NCBI GenBank assembly: GCA_951406725.2
Contig: OX597826.1
Location: forward strand, 72,664,001 to 72,728,000
DNA: 64,000 nucleotides
Reading direction: 5' to 3'
Source: Octopus vulgaris
Taxonomy: Eukaryota
Numbering within the stretch: the first letter of the stretch is position 1; each line of letters opens with the position of its first letter. A model generated the notes under the pieces. It did not search any database. It was not told where the DNA came from and saw only the letters and a list, made by a program, of their open reading frames with translations. Below, piece by piece: positions 13,040 through 26,726 of the stretch. The position numbers and the translations under genes are program-made.

Positions 13040-14330
13040 AGGTAGCGAGCTGGCAGAATTGTTAGGATGCCAGGTAAAATGCTTAGCAGCATTTCATCCC
13101 TCCTTATGTTCTGAGTTCAAATTCTACCAAGGTTAACTTTGCCTTTAATCCTTTCAGGGTTGATAAAATAAGTAGCAGTTTAACACTGGGGTTGATTTAA
13201 TTGACTTAAACCCCACCCCCACCCCGAAATTGCTGGCCTTGTGCCAAAGTTTGAAATCAATATTATTATCTTGATTATTGATGCTACCTTACTTGTTGTT
13301 AGTGGATTTCAGGATCCACATGCAGGAAACACTTTCAAGAGCCTATCTGGGAGTCAGCCCTTACTATGCTCAGACCATTATTATTTAGAATAGTTTGACC
13401 ATTGGACAAAATGTGTTGTGGTATTTATTATAGCTATTAGCCTTTCATCCCTTATACCAAAGTTGATTTAATTGACTAATTTCTCCCCATCAAAATGTGA
13501 TCATGTATTTGTGTAAGAAATTCTTTTTGCTAAGTTTGACTTTTACTTGCATTCTTTTGGAGTTGATAAAATACCTGTCATGTACTGGGGTTGATTTAAT
13601 TGACTAACCCTTACCTCTTGAAATTTCTGGATTTGCATCTGTGTTAAAAACAATTATTATTTAAGACGACAAGCTGACAGAATCGTTTGCATGCCAAGCA
13701 AACTGTTTAGCGGTATTTTGTCTGCTGCTATGTTCTGAGTTCAAATTCCGCCAAAGTTCACTTTGCCTTTCTTCCTTTCAGGGTCGATAAATTAAGTACT
13801 AGAGAAGCACTGGGATCGATGTAATTGTCTAATCCTCTCCCAACAAATTTCAGGCCTTGTGCCTTTAGTAGAAAGGATTATTATTATTAAGACCAGCTGA
13901 CAAAATTGCTAGTGTGTCAGGCACAGTGCTTAGTAGTATTTCTTCCAACTTTACATTGTGAGTTCAAATTCAATTCAGGTTGACTTTGTCTTTCATTCTT
14001 CAGGGGTCAATAAAATAAATGCCAGTCAGATACTGGTTGTCGATGTAATCAGCTAGTTACCTCCCCCAAAATTTCAGGCCTTGTGCCAAAATTTAAAAGA
14101 ATTATTATTATGTTTTGGGCAGTGAACTGACAAAATCATTAGAACATCAAACGAAATACCTTTCAGTATTTAATTATGGCCCTTTATGTTGAGTTCAAAT
14201 CTTGCTAAATTCACTTTGCTTTTCATCCTTCTAGGGTTGATTAAATAAATATCAGTCAAATAGTTGATATAAGTGACTGTACTCTCTCTCCCTAAAATTT
14301 CTGGTCTTGAGCCTATGTAAAAAAGAAATC
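13040..14330 (+). mobile_element. head-to-tail array of ~5-6 family B SINE copies
   Basis: Repeated units 'ctgagttcaaatt...ctttgcctttcatcc...ttgtgcc' are separated by (TTA)n. Units start near 13040, 13380/13530, 13663, 13893 and 14118. Confidence 0.85.
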
Positions 14331-14654
14331 ATTAATGTTAAGTTTAATCAGTGACTATGGCAAGTGCTCGTTCAACATAATTAATTGTTCAAGAGATAAT
14401 TATATAAGTTGCTCATTTTAATAGAGAAGTTGAAATGAAAGAGAACAATTCAAAATATTTCTCTTTGGAGTAGCAAATGAATTCCTCTGCTCCCATTCTT
14501 GTGGTGACTGAGATTAAAAGGCTGTGACTGTATATCTACTTAATGCTGTGTAATTTATTTACCGTGATGCTCTAGCATGGCCATGACTGTTGAACCTATG
14601 TCAGTTATTACTGGAGTCATCCAAAATGTCATACACGTGGACACACACACACTT

Positions 14655-14701
<47 letters not shown>

Positions 14702-16805
14702 ATACACACATGCACATCTTTTATATGTATGTTTATATGTGTTGCTCAAACTTCAATCTAATATTTCTATAATCATATGTACTTAAAGTTGAATATTTTC
14801 TAACTTTTGAAGAATTTCTTTTACTCAAGTAGTATGTTTCTTGTGGCATACTTTGTCATTCTAGTCTGCTTGCTCACCTGTGAGTCTGGAGATGCCAGCC
14901 TCCTACTAATATGTCTGTTGGCTTTGTAACTTAATATGCCTCTTTGCTACTTTGCTTTAGCAATGAATCACATACTACCTTGATGATAGCCAAAGCTACC
15001 TCCAGCCCATCTTACTCCTTGTATTGCTATTATTTCTTCTATAGTGTTAAGTAGATTAGAGAAGGAGAGAGAGAGAAGTGGGGGTAGAGAAATAGAATGT
15101 ACATGTGTTAGCTACTACTACTGCGACTTATTAATAGTTTCTACAGTAAAACTATTTTCCAACTTGTGTTTGCCTCTAATTGATATGTCCACATTATAAA
15201 GTTTCCTTTCAAAATCATTATCATCATCATCATCATCATGTTGTTTTATGGCAAGAAACAAATACTAGTTAGAAAGAACATTTCTTGGATTTTTTCCATT
15301 ACTTCATTTTTCCTTCTACAGTTGGGGTATAGTATACTAGAGTAGTTAGTATAGCTGCCTGTTTTAATAATGTATCTGTTAAATATATTCTTGATTTCAT
15401 TTTTTACTATGTTTATGTGGTTAGCGATTTCCCTAGTTGGTTTGTTTGGCTTTGAGGTAAATCCAGTATTTAAATTGGTACCATTTGTTTTAAACATGTG
15501 TCAGAATTTGAAAGAATAGTTTAGAGATGAGATGTATGATGTATCCAGAGATATATAAAATAAAATTACTGACATAAAAATAACAGAGGACTGTGATAAT
15601 TGGGGAATATTTTATTCCTCTGAAGATAGAAATATTATTTAAAAGAAGAACTTGTCTTCCTTACCTTGGTTGGTCAACAATTGTTTGCATTTGACAGAAT
15701 CTTGCTGTCTTTATAATAAAAATGTTCAATGGCCCATATATATATACACACACACATAAAAAGGCCCTTAAAACTAAAATAACACCTCTCTTACTTTGTA
15801 TCCTACTTAAGGTTTTCATAGTGGACTTGCTTTAAAGTGGGCTTGTTGCATTTCAGATTTGAAATATTTTATTGAAATGAAATTACATAACTTTCCTTTA
15901 TATAATGTTCTTTGAAAGTCGAGTTTTTTTTCCTTTCAAATTATACCTGTATACCTTTAATCAGTTTACTGCCTAGTTCTACCTTATTTTTTAATTAGAT
16001 TGCATCTAGGTATACCTGATTCTTTAATTAGTTCATACCTAGTTACTAGTTATATCTGAACTCTTTACTTAGCTTAAATCTATCTACCTGTTTCTTTACT
16101 TAGTTTACTTGGTGTGTAATATAGGCAATGGTTTATAATAATTTACAAACTATATCACATTAGCAATACTTGTTTTTCTTTTCTTTTCCTGTCTCTGCAA
16201 AATACTCTAATGAAATTGCTATTTATTTCAAATGCACCTAGGTTGAAGAACTGAAGTGAAACTATCAGACATAATGTTTGTGATATTCAGTTATGGTACA
16301 TTACATTCTGAGTAGAAATCTTGCTGGGGTGAATTTTGCCTTTCATCCCTTTGGGGATTGATAAAATCAGGTAGTAGGGGGTTGATGTAATCAATTAAAC
16401 CTCTCCTCTCAAAAATTGCTGACCTTGTGCCTAAATTAGAAACCATAATTATTATTATCAATTTAATTTTTTTTGTCTGATATTATTCAACATTGAGAAT
16501 ATCTATTTACTTTATAGCTTTGATTCATTTTGTTTTTAGCAATTTGGTGAGGCATGTGTAAACTGTGTGTGCACGTGTGTGTGAGAGAGATTAGTAATTG
16601 AACTAATTAGTAATAAAGCCATTGTAGCTGATACTCTTTGCCAATTGCTTCAGTGTTTTCTCTTTGGTGACAAACGTGAGACACTTTAAAAAAAATTTGA
16701 CATCTGTTCCCAAGAATTCTGATTGTCAGCTGGTATACCATTCTGCCGGTACAATTCCTTCCACTTGTCTTTTAGAGAGATAGTACTGCACTCTGCTGAT
16801 AGGAA

Positions 16806-16889
16806 TGCTAACTACAGCTGGTTGAAGGGGACCAAATGCCTTTTGGATTGATACAATTTGGCCCGATTTCAACCAGCTACAGAGTAGCA
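16806..16889 (-). ncRNA. mir-133: microRNA mir-133 precursor hairpin (mature 3p ~16814-16836; 5p ~16856-16878)
   Basis: The reverse complement of 16814-16836 is UUUGGUCCCCUUCAACCAGCUGU, identical to the pan-bilaterian miR-133-3p. The opposite arm AGCUGGUUGAAAUCGGGCCAAAU pairs with it with a 2-nt 3' overhang and resembles known miR-133-5p. There is a basal stem (tgcta/tagca), an apical UGU right after the 5p arm, and a CNNC (CAGC) 16 nt downstream of the 3p end. Confidence 0.98.
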
Positions 16890-18399
16890 GTCTTAATGAT
16901 ATTGTGGAGTATAACAAAGATGTTGGGTGGAGAAAGACGTATGTCAAACAAACACAATGACCTGACATCACCGAGATGACCCTTGCATTTGACAAATTAC
17001 GTAGACTGAGTCAATGAAGTGATCGGTTCTTGTTGATAGATCCATTATATTAGCAATATATTAGTGTTGATAGGAAGACATGGGAATGGAGCTGGTCAAG
17101 AATCCAAAGGGTTGTTAAAGGGCTCACAGATATAAAAACCACACAGAACTCCCCTAATCCTCTCACTATTTTAACCGGCATATTTAAGTTAAAATTTAGG
17201 ATTAGCTCATCTGAAGGATTTCTTTCTTTAAAGACTCATCTATACATGCCAACACTTTTTTCCTTTTTTTAGGAAAACAAATTAGTAAAGAGCAAATTAT
17301 AAGGAGAAAAAAAGGGGGTAAAAATATCCGAAACAAAGGGCTTCGACAAAGTTAAAGTGAAACAACAATCGAGAGAGAAATAGAAGAATTTACACAAGAA
17401 AACAGCAAAAATACCAAAAGAGAGAGAAATAAAAAGGAATATTAGTAGTGACTGAGGCAAGGCAAAAAGTATCAGCTATTGGGCAGGAGTCATTTGGTAA
17501 AGCAAAACTGGCAGGTCAGTGCAAGGGACAAAATTTGCTGATGAATCTGAGACACAATCCATTCCTAAGTTCTTTTATGCAGTTCTAGATTTTACCCCTA
17601 CATTTTTTTGTTTTTTAAAGAATTTACCTCAAATTTTTGCAACTATCCTCTGCTGTCACATTATGACATAACATTTTTGTTTTGTAGATTTTTCTTTCTC
17701 TGTGAAATCTGACTGATTTCATGTGTGTGTATGTAGATGCCCACATGTGTATATAGATGTCTGTATATATATATGTATGTATATATATATAAAATAAATA
17801 CATGTGTTTACAAGGAGGTATATATGTGTGTGTGTGTATGAGTTGAGTTTAATCATCTACATCTGTGAAAGTTAATTATCTTAAATTAAATTCTGGTCTA
17901 TTTTATATATATTTTTTTGCCTTTTTATTAAGTAGGGGCCGGGTTATGTTATAGAAGTATTCCTTATTTTTGCTTACAGAGATTAATTTTACAAGGGTTT
18001 TCCACACCAAAATCACTCAGTAAAGAAGTTATAATTTGATTGAAAAGTTTACCTGTGTATTTGAAAGAAGGCCAGGTGGGTCACTCTTAAAAGAACAAAC
18101 GTAAATTTAAGGGATCATCTTAAGCTACTTAACATTTGACAATATTTAAGATATAGAGGCGATGTTTTAGGCACAAATATGAAAAAGCAACCGGTATAAC
18201 AAATGACATGCAGCTTCAATGATGTTTCAACTAATACATATGGGTTTACTACTTACTGTTATATCTTCAGCTATGTCCTCCTACCTCAACTCTCTCTCTT
18301 TCTCTCACCCTCTCTCTCTCTCTTTCTCTCTGCTCCTCCTTGACCTCCTCCTCCACTCCTCCCTTATTGATGAATATCCATTGACATAAGGGCATTTTT

Positions 18400-18880
18400 T
18401 GTTTTTTTTTTACCTTAAGTCATCCCTCTATTCTGCAGTTCAAAGCTTACCTGAGTAGCTTTGTAAGTGTGCTCTTGTAGTATATTGCACCCTTTATAGC
18501 GTGTACACCAAGTCTTGGGTCCAGTGTAACCATGACTTAAATAGACATTCTTTTCTCTCTCTCTCTCTTTCTCCCTCTCTCTCCCTCTCCCCCACCCTCC
18601 TCTCTCTCTCTCTCTCTCTTCAAGTTTCTATCTGATGCAGTAGTCATCGATGAAGGTTCTAGTAGTTTCCCCATATAATGCCATGACCATTTGTTGTTCT
18701 AAATATACTCCTGTAGCCCACCACTGCAAATATAGCACGAATTTCTGACATGTATGCATTTCTGTTTAGTAAGTTATGTAGATTGGAGTTATGCTGCTGC
18801 TGCTGCTTGTGATGGTGGTGTAGGTGAGATATGAGGACATAAAGGGGAGGTATCGGTGCTATATATATATACATATATAT

Positions 18881-18917
<37 letters not shown>

Positions 18918-20400
18918 CATACACATATGTATGTGTATGAATATATATCTGTATACACATACACACATATAATAGTGTGTGGTAGCTGCTCAAATTCTAT
19001 CTGCAATGATTCTGCTAGCAGCTTATACACCTATCTTTGTACCCAGATCAACTTCTCTCTTCGCACTACCCCATACCACCACCACCACCACCACCACCAC
19101 CACCATCTTGCCCACCTCTCTAAGTTGGCCAGGGGTGGCAGGCAGCTGGGGTGGTAGTGGGGGATGGTGGTGTGGTGATGTAAATCCTAGAACAAGGCAT
19201 TGTGAAAATACAAAAAAAAAAAATTTTTAAATATATAAAAAAATTGGCGCTGGTTATTATTGTCTTCGTACCCCCCCCCCCCCCGAGCACCACCCACCCC
19301 ACAGCCAATAACTCTATTCCATTTCTCCTCCTCCTCCTCCTCCCACCCCATCCTTCGACACCCAGAGAAGAAACTTTGTGGAGGATGCGGTGGGGGGGAG
19401 GGGTGAAGGATGGGAGGGTGCGAATAAAGGAAGTCGTGGAAGTGGGGTGGGGGTGGGGGGAAGGCAGAATCTTTGGTGAGATATTTGAAGTATTCTCTAT
19501 TTACAGATATTAAATGGGGGAAACGGGATGGGGTGGGTGGGAGTGGATGGTAGGGTATACAGCAGTTTTGGAGGTGTGGGGGTGGAGCGTCGAAACGCGA
19601 GCCATGCACGCACGCACACACGCCTATGCGTGTGCGCGCGAGTTAGGGCACGTGCCCTACCTAAGGTGGGCAGTGTGTGTGCTACGCCAGTAGCGGTGGT
19701 GGTGGTGGTGGTGGCGACGGTGGTGGTGATGGTGGTGGTGGTGGTACTGCTCTCGGGTTACCCTGGAAGTGTGCCTGAAGATGGTAGCAACATTATAACC
19801 CAGAGATTGCTGCCTTGCCATTCCAGTTTAGGCCTCCCCTTCAACTTATAAGGCAATGTCTATCATCTAGCACCATTCTAGGTAGTGAATACAGGGGGGC
19901 TATTTCTGCTACTACTGCTGCTGCTGTTGTTGTTGTTGTTGTTCTTTGCTGCTGCTGTTGATGATTTACTATCAGACTTTTTAGAAAGCTAGCTTCTTAG
20001 AAAACTTGCTGGATCCAACTTGTAGCATGGATGCATAAATTTATTTCTGATTCTTCCTCCTCCTTCTCCTCCGTCATTATCATTTCCACCCACCCACCCA
20101 TCCACTCCTCCCTACTTAGTACCACTCTTGTTGTTTTTGTTGTTGTTGTTACTGCAGGCATCTTCGCTGTGTATCTTTTTAATTTATTTTTTCTCCCCCC
20201 ACCCAAATCAGAGGAATAACTAGATTGATACCATTTTCCTTCAGTTAGTGAAGTAAACTTCCCTCTTTTTCTCAGTTTCTTTTTATTACTGTCTGTCTGT
20301 GTCCAGGGGTTGGTAGTCCCCCCCCCATCACTCACCAAGTCCTTTCAGCCACGAGCCCTTCTCTCTCAGTACTCCTCCTCCTTTTTCCCTGTTGGACTTG
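18400..20400. promoter_or_regulatory. candidate regulatory island between mir-1 and mir-133
   Basis: TE-free, GC/G-run rich, with retained CpGs (19588-19720). It contains a perfect 16-bp palindrome TAGGGCACGTGCCCTA (19644-19659) and near-consensus MEF2/CArG-like words. Function is inferred only. Confidence 0.4.
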
Positions 20401-20429
20401 AATTTAAAACTCAGATATCTGTTGCTATC

Positions 20430-20508
<79 letters not shown>

Positions 20509-21898
20509 CCAATAACGAGGAGTAGGAAACATTTATGTTAGGGTGATGGGGGTGTTGATAATGGTGGTGGTGGTGATGGTGGTGATGATGAATGTGATGG
20601 TGTGAGTGATATTAATGATGCTGATGGTGGTGATGGATGTGGATTGATGATGGTGATAGTAGTGTTATGTTAATTAGCTCCAGGCCTGTTATGATTACAT
20701 AGGCCTATAATCAAAAACGTTCTAACCGTGACCATCCCATCTTTTAATCAAACAGTGTATCTGAGACTACGTTTTTTTTTTTTTCGGTTTTTTTTTTTTT
20801 TAAATGCTAAGGTGTGATTTGAGAGATATTTAGCTGCTATTTCCAGTAGTTTAGATGACTGCATAGAGACTCACTTATCGGTAGTGTTGCTGCTGCTTCC
20901 TTATACTTTGTTCTTCAGAACACCAACTGTTAAATTGATTAAGTTACTTATATATTTCATGTCAATCTCTCCCCCCCCCTTGCCCTCTCATTAACTTCAT
21001 TAGTTCTACTTTAATTATCACAAATATCTTACCACACAATGGCTTTCATCTCACTCTGTTTCTATTACACACCACCTTCCTCCCCTACACAATTAATGGA
21101 ATGAAGTTACAACATATACTCTATTCTGTATACTACGCATACACATGACGTACCATACACATATGCACACCTACATATATACACATATCACACGTACTAT
21201 ACCACACACACAACACATACATCATACACACACTGTTCACACTAAATAAATAAATAAATACACACACACACACCACACTCACCACCAAGGGAGCTTCTAT
21301 GGGGATTGCTTGGTATGCTAGAAATAGCAGCCAAATCTTACTTAATCACATACCACTGCCCTAGAAAAATATAATGTGGTCCTGGGTTCCTGGCAGATAC
21401 AAATACAAGAGGGTTGTCATGGCTAGGTGGTCTTTGATCATTGGTCAGTTCATTGAAGGCTGACCAGGGTTTAAATACTAAGAACAATTATACCACATAC
21501 ATGCAAACGCATACATCAAATACCATGCGTCTACGCAATACATCACACAGATAAACACTGCATCACACACACACATACAAACAACACCACATGCAACACA
21601 AATACCAATCATTGCATACTGTAGCACACACTCACACACCACATGTTCACACTACTCATACACTACACATGCACCCTCACATACTTTACACGTGCAACAA
21701 CAAAATTAATACAACTTCAATTTTTGTTTCTAATTAATTCTCATCCCAGCTGGAGTCATTTCACTTTGTTTCACTAATTCCCACATGAGAGAGGCATAAC
21801 TGCCATCACACCTCTCCAATCATCCTTATAGCTCTTCTACCATATACTGAGAAGTCGTGGGATCCCTACTTTTCTAGTGATCCACTTAGGTTTTATAA

Positions 21899-22190
21899 CA
21901 TGGGTTCCCAACCATTTCTTTTACCTATAGACCCCTTTTATTCCCTTTTATTACTATTTTACTCAGGTGGATTCTCACAGCTATACCACTCTTTTACTTG
22001 TTTCAGCCATTTGACTGTGGCCATGCTGGAGCACCGCCTTTAGTCAAGCAAATCGACCCCAGGACTTATTCTTTATAAGCCTAGTACTCATTCTATCGGT
22101 CTCTTTTGCTGAACCGCTAAGTTACGGGGACATGAACACACCAGCATCGGTTGTCAAGTGATGTTGTGGGGGACAAACACACACACACAT

Positions 22191-22223
<33 letters not shown>

Positions 22224-22669
22224 TGACAGGCTTCTTTCAGTTTCCGTCTGCCAAATCCACTCGCAAGGCTTTGATCAGCCCGAGGCTATAGTAGAAGACA
22301 CTTAACCAAGGTGCCACGCAGTCGGACTGAACCCTGAACCATGTGGTTCATAAGCAAGTTACTTACCACACAGCCACTCCTACGCCCTATTATATATTTT
22401 AATTATTTATTACTAGGAATTAGGAAATTGTTAAAATATTTTGTGTATCTCAGAAGTATAACCAATTTATTGCACATAACTTAGCAGTTTGGCAAAAGAG
22501 GCTGATAGAAAAAATATGTAAGTCCTGGGGTTGATTCATTTAACTAAAAGTTTCTTCTAAGCAGTGCCCCAGCATGGCCACAATCTAATGAATGGAATGA
22601 GGTAAAGAAAAGCTAAAAGATAAATTTCAGGAAAAAAAATCTTATATGGAGCCCGGTTGAAAACCATTG
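21899..22669. mobile_element. hAT (Charlie-like) MITE with nested SINEs; family members ~31255-31505 and ~52065-52220
   Basis: Termini CATGGGTTCCCAACC...GGTTGAAAACCATTG, with 8-bp TSD-like flanks ttttataa/gtttataa. Confidence 0.75.
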
Positions 22670-22866
22670 GTTTATAAGAAGGAATAAAAAAGAGTGATTT
22701 GTTGTTATATTTATAGGAAAGATGGAGTGAGTTGGATTTGATCTCACTATCTCTTTGTTTGCCACAAAGGCAACGAATGAAGCTAACGTTACAAGGTTAA
22801 ATTACAAAAATGTTGGGGGTTTCTAATTTAAGTTCAGATCTCTCCAATGACAATGTTGTGTTTCTT

Positions 22867-22946
22867 GGTGGTGGTGGTGGTGGTGGTAGTAGTGATGTTG
22901 GTGGCAGTGGTGGTGGTGGTGGTGGTAGTAGTAGTAGTAGTAGTGA

Positions 22947-22982
<36 letters not shown>

Positions 22983-23100
22983 AGGTGATGGTGATAATGC
23001 TGGTGATATTGATGGTGGTACTGGTGTTGAAATAGTTGTGGTGGTGGTGGTGATGATGATGTTGAAATGGTGCTTGTGATAATGTTGGTGGTAATGCTGT
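22867..23100. repeat. (GGT)n/(AGT)n trinucleotide low-complexity tract
   Basis: Directly visible. It gives the poly-G/S/V/P/L ORFs. Confidence 0.95.
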
Positions 23101-23394
23101 TTAACCATGTGTAAATTCTGGTTGAACAAACCTATAATCAAAGCTTTCCAGCTGTGACCATCCTGTGTTTCTCTTAAGTACAGTGAACTCAGGACCATAT
23201 TATCTGATGAGCTCTCTTCTTTTCTAAATTGGAAGTGTATGATTTAAGAAATATTTGGCTGCTATTTATTGCAAGTCAAGTGACCACATTGGTGGTGGTA
23301 ATTATCAAATAGCATAAGATCCTGATAGGTGAGGTTCACAACTGTTTTAATTTTCTGGCTGTAGTCATTCCAATTTACCTGAGAAAGTATGAAC

Positions 23395-23725
23395 GTCCAT
23401 CCATCTATCCATCTTGTCTACCCACTATCCCTGGAAAGGTTGTAGTGGGATTAAATCTCCAAGCACCTCCTTCATAGAGTCCTATCAGAAGCAACTGGTA
23501 TTACACTTTCCGGCTGGACTCCCCCAAGCTTGACCTACTGAGGTTATGGATTGGATATTTCCAACCGTCTCGTTCTTAATCTACCCCTAGTCTACCCCAA
23601 GGTCTCCGGCCGGTTGGCTCAGCTTGAAGAATCCATTTTCTTCTTCTTTCCTGCAACAATTCTAGCCGCATGTCAGTTATATCCAAGCTGTTACCTCTCA
23701 ATGTGGAGAAGCAGTGGCTTAATCT
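23395..23725 (-). mobile_element. Rex3/Expander-like RTE-clade LINE 3' end
   Basis: Minus strand reads KPLLLHIER*QLG...AEPTGRRPWGR...RTRRLE and ends in (GATG)n-like GATGGATAGATGGATGG. Confidence 0.75.
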
Positions 23726-24162
23726 GAAGATTGATAATTCTATGCTATTTTAATATCAATAGAAACAACTAGATCTCTGTAACATTTTACACCTGCCTTT
23801 TGTTACTTATGTTATAGATGCCTTATAAACTGTATCTCTGATAATACTGTCAGTGGAACTTTTAGTGAATTCAAATCTGCTTCAAACTCACTTGCATCTG
23901 AGGTTGTTCTTTCTTCAGTTATATTCGCTTATAGTTGCAATCATTGGTATTAACTGAAAGTCTCTAGTACCAACAGCTCCTAAGACTTCATGCACCTGAA
24001 ATCATTGGTTGTTTATCTTTGCAAGATTTAAAACTACTGCGCTTTATTTTTCCAGAAAATTAAAAAATTTTTTATTTCAAACATTATTGACAACCATATT
24101 TGTGAAAATGCGTTGAGAGAGGTGTATACCTGTTTAGATTACATCACAATATTGGGTTAGAT

Positions 24163-24354
24163 CAGGGGTACCCAAACTTTCTAGACCATCGACCCCTTCA
24201 TGGAATATTTGACTCCTCATCAACCCCCAGTCATGTACTGGAAAATAAATAAATAATAATAATAATTAAGTAGATGTGCATTTATCGACCCCCTTGAATA
24301 GTTCCATTGACCCCCCACCCCCGAGGTCAATATTGACCACTTTGGAGACCCCTG
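24163..24354. mobile_element. hAT (Charlie-like) MITE, 192 bp
   Basis: TIRs CAGGGGTACCCAAA / TTTGGAGACCCCTG and an 8-bp TSD ggttagat/ggtttgat. Confidence 0.88.
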
Positions 24355-25709
24355 GGTTTGATTAAAAACAGGAACTTCACAAAAAACAAAAAATCTAAAT
24401 TTTTATAATTTATTTGTAAATATAATATGACACAGAATAATGATAACTGTAAGTTTTCAACTGTGAAGGCATGTGGCTGAGTAGTTAGGTTGTTTCTCTC
24501 ACAATTGTAAGATTGTAGTTTCAATTCCTGGACTGGGTGGTGCACTCTGTTCTTGAGCAAAAGACACTTTATTTCATATTGTCCCAGTTGTAAATGAAGA
24601 CCAGCAATAGTTGGGAAGTTAACCTTGTGATGAATCGACGTTCTCTTCAGGGAGGAGAGTTATTGTCTCAGTCACTTATAAACCATGGAAACCATGCTAT
24701 ACTGTGGCCTTAGGACCCCTAAGGATCATTACAAACCAAAGACCCTAAATTTTTAATAGAATTGTATGGAACTAGTCATTATGTATTGCATCTTGTCACT
24801 TCATATTCAGCTCCTCTTAAAGAAATGTTTGTGCCTACTAATAAGCATATCTTGTATTATGGGTGTGTTTGCTTGTTATTCCTGATGGGTTCTTTGCTTT
24901 TCTGAAAAAAAAACCCCAAAATACCTCTAATTGATGCTGAAATTTTGCTCTCAGAGGAAGCTGTAATGACAACAATGACTTTAAAAACAGCTACTAGACA
25001 GTCTCTCAAGGCTTAAGTTGATAAACATATGTCACTTACTGTCAAAACAGACACTAAATAGTAGGCCTGTGGTGTAGCATTTGTCTTTTAATAATAAAAC
25101 CCTGATTGTTGTTGAGAAAAATCATTGTGCAGTTGATGAAGACCTATGCAATAATTGAGGCTGTCAAAAAGTGGCACTGTTTTCTTTTAAGCAAATGATT
25201 TACCCTTCTAACTGGTCTGAAATCCATAGCTTGTGTGTTCAATCAAAAGCACAAAAATTAATATTAAAAAGTAATAAAGTATGAAACCAGTAATTAGAAA
25301 TTTTATTCTGTGACATTGTCGTTGATCTGGATCTGTTAATGCTGTTATGGATGCACTATAGTGTAACGTTTGTGGTGCTGCTTTGCATAATAACCATTTA
25401 GAACTCCACAAATCTCTCTGCTATCCTGGTCCTACAAGGTCGACGCATTTTGTTAGAGTCCAAAATCTTATGTATTCAGCGGGTGACTTCACACACATTG
25501 TTTCTGGATGCCATATATACCAAAATTTAAAGCAATGGTCAAGCTAATGAACCTTCTACACACTTACATTAGAAGGCATTAGATTGAGAAAATATTCTAA
25601 GATATTCTTCTCACTTGATAATTTGTATTGTTCTAAAAATAATGGTTGTGATTTGTACATTTTCTTTTAAGGATGTGCTAATTTCAAGCAATAATAACAG
25701 TAATAATGA

Positions 25710-25918
25710 TAACCCTTTCTACTGAAGACATGAGGCCTTGAAATTTGGGGGGAGGGGATCAGTTGATTACATCGACCCCAGTGGTACTTAATTTATCGAC
25801 CCCAAAAGGATGAAAGACAAAGTCGACCTCAGTGGAATTTGAACTCAGAATGTAAGGACGGGCAAAATGCCGCTATATATTTTGCCCAGTGTGCTAATGA
25901 TTCTGCCAGCTTGCCGCC
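25710..25918 (-). mobile_element. family B SINE
   Basis: Reverse complement is collinear with 11226-11440. Confidence 0.88.
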
Positions 25919-26726
25919 ATAATGATGATAATAATAATAATGATGATGATAATAAAATGATTGAATCTCCATGCGAGTCTGCAATTGGTGTTTGTCGTTG
26001 CAATAAAGTACTTTATAAACTGCTAACTTTGGACTGTCTTGCCTTAAACTGACTTACCTCCTGAGGTATTCCTGCTTTAGTTACCTAAACACATTTCTCC
26101 TCCTCTAATTTCTTATAGATTTGTGTGTATATCAAATATTGTATCTTCATTATTGGGCAGTTATAGAAAATTGTTTTGGGTGTTTCAGGACCTGTCTGTT
26201 ATGGCTTCAAATCACAATGACTTTTATTCAGTTTATTTATTTCAAAACCTTGCTATTCTAGGTTCAATTCATGATAGGGTTGATTTGGTATAACTGTTTC
26301 AGGGCCTTATTATTCTGGGTTCAAATCCTGCCTTAAATATAAATCCATACCGGTGTTATGTGATCCACTCAGATGATTCATGGTCTGCTACTGAAAAATT
26401 AACCTTGTGACTAATTAAAAGAAACTATTAGTTTTGTCATTCCTAGTTCATTCCACTAAATTCATCATAGATTTTCATTCTTCTGGGGTTGATAAAATTA
26501 CCTGTCATGACCTGGATTTGATTCAGTTGACATCACCAATTCTTGAATTTAGTTATTTTGTGCCAGTGGTGGAAACAATTATTATCAAACTCATTTACAG
26601 TGTTGAAGTTGTTGCATAACCCCAATCAACTCTATAACATTGTTGATGATATTGTGTTGCTCTGACCAAAATACCTTTTGTGTAGGTGTAGTGTTGTTGG
26701 CATTGTAGCATAACCCTGATAATAAT

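Noticed and set aside
16726-16995. 89-aa minus-strand ORF over mir-133 (and the 60-aa ORF over mir-1 at 39136-39318)
   Set aside because: No recognisable homology; the sequence is explained by the miRNA hairpins.
17255-17460. Strong + strand acceptor (ttttttttag) before a purine-rich stretch
   Set aside because: All three frames hit stops before any good donor; no coding support.
22797-23198. Gly/Ser-, Val- and Pro/Leu-rich ORFs
   Set aside because: Trinucleotide repeats with no splice or domain support.
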